NCBI GenBank assembly: GCA_963804185.1
Contig: CAWDPM010000005.1
Location: forward strand, 298,769-362,768
Direction of reading: 5' to 3'
Source of the DNA: an uncultured Candidatus Rokubacteria bacterium
Lineage (GTDB): Bacteria > Methylomirabilota > Methylomirabilia > Rokubacteriales > DASRDR01
DNA length: 64,000 nt
The notes beneath the pieces were generated by a model. It was not told where the DNA came from. It ran no database searches and saw only the letters and a program-made list of their open reading frames with translations. The translations under genes were made by a program, and so were the position numbers. Below are positions 60,386 through 64,000 of this stretch, piece by piece. How positions within the stretch are numbered: position 1 is the stretch's first letter; each line of letters opens with the position of its first letter.

Positions 60386-61900
60386 TCATCCGTAGGGTCG
60401 CTCCCAGCGGAACCGATAGAGACGCCGGAGCGGCGGTGACGGGCACCGCCCCGGATCCATCCGAGCCTCGACGAGGAAGAGATGCCGACCTCGGTCCTCC
60501 CCCGCGTGGATGGCCTGCTGCATGTCGAAGCAGTCGCGGAGCCATCGGTCGCTGGCCAGCAGCCAGCGATTCGGCGCTGCCCGGAGCCATGCCAGGGCCT
60601 GCCCGACCTGTTCCGGCCCGCCGCGGTATCCGAAGTGCACAATGGGGTTCTGGGCGAAGAGCCACTGGCCGTCCCGCCAGTGGATGAGCGCCAGCTCCCG
60701 TTCCGCGCCGATTCGACGCGCGACCGCGGCCATCACGGCCCGGCGCGGATAGTCATCGGCGCGCAGGAACGCCTCAGCGACGCCCCACGCGATCATCCCC
60801 AGGAACCAGGCGGCGACGGCCGCATGAACGAGGCGGCGACGGCCCGGAGTCCGCGCCAGCCGGCGACCAAGCCCGACAACGACCGGCGCTGCCGCCAGGG
60901 CGAGCGCCGGAACCGCCGGGAAGACGTAGAGGCTGCGCTTTCCACTGCTCAGGCTGAAGAATGTCACCACCAGGGCGACCCAGCCGACCAGCAGCAGCAC
61001 ACGGCCGTCGCCTCGCACGAGGCGACGCCGCCAAGCGGGAACCAGCCACGGCATGCCCGCGACGATCGGAAGCCAGTAAAGCGGGATGACCTGGACCAGG
61101 AAGTACCAGACTGGCTCGCGGTGCTGCCACGCCGAAACCATGCGCTCGGCTGTTTGGGTGATGAGGAGGTTCCGTGCATAGGCATGAGCATCCGGATCAC
61201 CGGAGCCGGCCACCCGGCCAAGCAGCGGCACGAGCCACGTCGCCACGGTGCCGAGCAGGCAGATCGGGCCGAGCAGCCATCGTCGATCCCTGAGCGTGAT
61301 CGGCACGAGATTCCGGAAGGCGCGCTGTCGCCCGTAGGCATAGGGCACGAGCAGGAAGAACGGCAGGAACCCCACGCCCTTGGTCATGACGCCCAGACCC
61401 ATGGCCACCGACGCCACGCCGTACCAGCCCCATGCGGGTCCCCCGGTCAGATGGCGGAGCAGGCCGTACAGGCCGAGCGTGGTCCACAGGATGAGCAGGG
61501 AATCCGTCTGGCCAGCCCTGAGAACGAGCATGCTCTGGATCGTGGCGACAAGGAGGAGGCCGGCCACGAGGCCCGCGCGACGATTCCAAAACCGCCGTCC
61601 CAAGTCGTAGACACAGATGACGCAGCCCACGGCGGCGAGGAGTCCGGGGAGGCGCAAGGCCAGGCGTGCGGAACCGGTCAGCCGGTAGGCAAGAGCCAGA
61701 ACCCACATGAAGAGTGGCGGCTTGTCCGGATACAGCTCGCCAGCTCGGTGCAGGATCAACCAGGAGCCGTCCTGGAGCATCTCCAGGGCGACCCCGAGGA
61801 ACCGCTCCTCGTCCACGCCCCACGGGTCCCGGAGTCCCATCCCGGAGCCGATCACGAGGACGGTCAGCGTGATGAGGAGCGGGAGCTGGTAGTCCTTCAG
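60386..61900 (-). CDS. Family-39 membrane glycosyltransferase (ArnT/PMT-like); start uncertain (candidate CTG in a CTGA overlap with the actF stop, or an upstream GTG)
   Basis: TM1 then RDPWGVDEERF..ALEM...G.WL..H..G..Y.DKPPL..W signature. No ATG/GTG/TTG that retains TM1 without a 90-nt overlap. Confidence 0.72.
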   Translation of the reverse strand: MKDYQLPLLITLTVLVIGSGMGLRDPWGVDEERFLGVALEMLQDGSWLILHRAGELYPDKPPLFMWVLALAYRLTGSARLALRLPGLLAAVGCVICVYDLGRRFWNRRAGLVAGLLLVATIQSMLVLRAGQTDSLLILWTTLGLYGLLRHLTGGPAWGWYGVASVAMGLGVMTKGVGFLPFFLLVPYAYGRQRAFRNLVPITLRDRRWLLGPICLLGTVATWLVPLLGRVAGSGDPDAHAYARNLLITQTAERMVSAWQHREPVWYFLVQVIPLYWLPIVAGMPWLVPAWRRRLVRGDGRVLLLVGWVALVVTFFSLSSGKRSLYVFPAVPALALAAAPVVVGLGRRLARTPGRRRLVHAAVAAWFLGMIAWGVAEAFLRADDYPRRAVMAAVARRIGAERELALIHWRDGQWLFAQNPIVHFGYRGGPEQVGQALAWLRAAPNRWLLASDRWLRDCFDMQQAIHAGEDRGRHLFLVEARMDPGRCPSPPLRRLYRFRWERPYG

Positions 61901-63051
61901 CCTCGGGGAGTCAGGCCGAACCGCGGCACAAAGATTCGGAAGGAGAGGGCAAAGAGAGCGCCGAACCCGAGCGTCATCAGGAGGGTGAGTAGGACGTCGG
62001 CCGCGCCGTACGGCCCGGCACCTGGATGCACCGTCGACGGCAGCACGAGGACGATCCGCTCGATGAAGATCGCGGTCAGCGAGAGGCAGGAGATTGCGAC
62101 GAGGATCCGGTGCCCCTCCGGCGGGCGTCCCGTCAGGCGCCCGAGGAGATAGGAGAAGGGAACGACCCACCCGATGAAGAACGCGCAGATCGCCAGGCGT
62201 CGCCAGGGATCCGTGAAGAGCCGGTCCAGCACGTACCGCGTCTCGATCGGCACGTTGCCGTACCAGATGACCAGGTACTGCGACCAGAAGAAGTACATCC
62301 ACACGATGGACGTGGCGAACACGAGCTTCGCGAGATCCTGCATCTCCTTGGGCGGCATGACCCAGCCGGGCCGGCCGGTGCTGTACAGGCCCGTCAGGAG
62401 GACCAGGAACGCAAAGCCCGAGTAGAGCATGCCGACCACGACGTAGCCGCCGAGGAGCCCGCTGAACCAGTGGGGATCGAGCGACATCACCAGGTCATAA
62501 CCAAGCAGCGAGCCGACGATGACGAACAGGAAGAGGAGCCACACGGCGAGACGCGCCCGCTCCGCCCGCCCCGGATCCTCGGCGGCCCCCGCCGGCGAGC
62601 CGTGGACCGCCTTCGCGAACCGGACGCTCACCCAGTAGAGCGCCCCCACCCCGACGACAGTCCGGAGCACGAAGAACGGGACGTTGAGCCACGCCGCCTT
62701 CTTGGGGATGGGCACGGTGACCCACGGGTACAGCACCCGCATGCCGACCATGAGCAGCAGGAACAGCACGAAGGACACCGGCATGAACGCCACCGTGGTC
62801 GTCGCGATCCGGCGTAGGCGCGCCGCCCACCGCGCCTCGGTGAGCTCGAAGATCCCCGCGATCGCGGGACCAGCGGCCGACAGCCCCGACCAGAACAGAA
62901 GGTTCGCGAGGAACACGCCCCAGGCATGGGGACCGGACCCGCCGGCCAGGGCCACGAGGAAGCTTACCGCCCCGAGGGCGACGAGTCCTCCCAGCACCAG
63001 CCCCGACTTCCCTTCGAGTCCCTGACCCGAGCCTGCGACGGGCACGCTCAT
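61897..63051 (-). CDS. Alternative complex III subunit ActF-like (NrfD/PsrC-type polytopic membrane protein)
   Basis: ATG at 63051 overlapping the actE stop (ATGA). About 10 TM helices. Follows actD and actE. Confidence 0.65.
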   Translation of the reverse strand: MSVPVAGSGQGLEGKSGLVLGGLVALGAVSFLVALAGGSGPHAWGVFLANLLFWSGLSAAGPAIAGIFELTEARWAARLRRIATTTVAFMPVSFVLFLLLMVGMRVLYPWVTVPIPKKAAWLNVPFFVLRTVVGVGALYWVSVRFAKAVHGSPAGAAEDPGRAERARLAVWLLFLFVIVGSLLGYDLVMSLDPHWFSGLLGGYVVVGMLYSGFAFLVLLTGLYSTGRPGWVMPPKEMQDLAKLVFATSIVWMYFFWSQYLVIWYGNVPIETRYVLDRLFTDPWRRLAICAFFIGWVVPFSYLLGRLTGRPPEGHRILVAISCLSLTAIFIERIVLVLPSTVHPGAGPYGAADVLLTLLMTLGFGALFALSFRIFVPRFGLTPRG

Positions 63052-63539
63052 CCCTTCCTGGCCAGCGCACGGAGGTGGTTCACGATGTCCCACCGGTCCG
63101 TCACGGACAGGGCCTCGCCGTACGCCGGCATGACCGCCCCGCCGAAGCCGATGTAGTAGGAGAAGTGCCCGTCCGACTTGGCTTGCACGGGCTGGCTCGT
63201 GAGGTCCGGCGGCGGGATGAACCGCGGGGTGACCAGTCCGTCGCCCTTGCCGGCTGCTCCATGGCACGGGGTGCAGTGGATCTCGTAGAGCTTCTTGCCG
63301 CGCGCCAGTGACTGGGCGTCGGGCGGAACGGGGTTCTTCCGGGTCGCGTACACTTCGCGGGCAACGACAAGCTCGCCGTCCCGCGGGACGGTGCCGGGTG
63401 GCTGAGCCATCGTGACCTGGCCGGGCACTAGCTTGACGTCGTTCTGCATGCTGGTCAGCCACCGGTAGGCCACCAAGCCCCCCATCGCGCCCGCGACGGC
63501 CCCGACCAGCAGGAGGCAGAGCAGGAACACCCACTTCAT
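63048..63539 (-). CDS. Alternative complex III monohaem cytochrome c subunit ActE-like
   Basis: N-terminal TM anchor, single CTPCHG haem site. ATGA overlap with the actD stop. Confidence 0.72.
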   Translation of the reverse strand: MKWVFLLCLLLVGAVAGAMGGLVAYRWLTSMQNDVKLVPGQVTMAQPPGTVPRDGELVVAREVYATRKNPVPPDAQSLARGKKLYEIHCTPCHGAAGKGDGLVTPRFIPPPDLTSQPVQAKSDGHFSYYIGFGGAVMPAYGEALSVTDRWDIVNHLRALARKG

Positions 63540-63964
63540 GCCCGGACCTCCTCGGCCCCCGCGCTCCGCAGGAGGTCCTCGACGGTCCGCCGCTCGGTCG
63601 CGTCGCACGTCACCTCGACCCCGAACCGGTCCTCGCTGAACCGGGGATCGTACCGCGCCGACACCCCGAAGCTCGGCATCCGGGCGGTGATCAGGAGGCC
63701 GAGCAGCGTGCAGAGGCCGCCGAGAAGGATGGTCAGCTCGAACGCGATGACCACGAAGGGCGGGATCGAGACGACCGGCTTGCCCCCCGTGATCAGGTTC
63801 CACTTGAGCGACGTCCAGATCGTCAGCGCGAAGCCGCTGGCCATCCCCGTCAGGGCGCCCACCAGGGTGAAGAGCCGGACCGGGCTCCGCGGCAGGCCGT
63901 AGCCGGTCAGCGCTTCCTCGAACTCATCGAGAGGGACGGGGCTGTAGGTTGCGATCGAGCGCAT
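63536..63964 (-). CDS. Alternative complex III subunit ActD-like (DUF3341 two-TM protein)
   Basis: MRSIATYSPVPLDEFEEALTGYGLPRSPVRLFTLVGALTGMASGFALTIW typical of ActD. The upstream gene continues off the window end. Confidence 0.72.
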   Translation of the reverse strand: MRSIATYSPVPLDEFEEALTGYGLPRSPVRLFTLVGALTGMASGFALTIWTSLKWNLITGGKPVVSIPPFVVIAFELTILLGGLCTLLGLLITARMPSFGVSARYDPRFSEDRFGVEVTCDATERRTVEDLLRSAGAEEVRA

Positions 63965-64000
63965 CCCCCGGGCCCGGAGCTCGCGGATCGCCCGGGTGGC

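Overview
High-GC bacterial chromosome segment. I could not run any searches; every call comes from reading the six-frame translations and the DNA directly. Three blocks are syntenic housekeeping genes: galT-gpsA-plsY-pgsA-argG-argF-argD at 19.2-26.7 kb; argB-hslU-hslV-xerC-topA-dprA, cpoB and an amino-acid ABC transporter at 43.6-55 kb; and a sulfur-oxidation and alternative-complex-III region with yeeE, fccAB, a soxYZ fusion, moeA, a family-39 glycosyltransferase and actDEF at 55-64 kb. Two accessory, decayed zones lie between them at 11.5-15.2 kb and 26.7-42.4 kb. They contain three tRNAs (Leu-TAA, Cys-GCA, Gly-GCC), a phage-type tyrosine integrase, and three adenylate-cyclase/STAND-ATPase/TPR giant proteins (two intact, one remnant). 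They also contain a multi-frameshifted ku gene plus two further ~85-bp copies of the ku 5-prime end, both of which sit at junctions with truncated genes next to the integrase. Several other genes in these zones are frameshifted or reduced to fragments. The most striking single observation is a periplasmic rhodanese whose catalytic-cysteine codon is an in-frame TGA, with the reading frame intact downstream and a 4-nt overlap into a Fur-family regulator, which makes it a candidate selenoprotein. Other leads are a 210-nt 5-prime leader plus double zinc-ribbon module shared by two unrelated sensor genes, a four-gene secreted-nuclease cluster, cysteine-rich small ORFs beside tRNA-Cys, and 11-bp periodic repeats upstream of the first cyclase-STAND gene. 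No CRISPR array, no rRNA and no complete IS element were seen.
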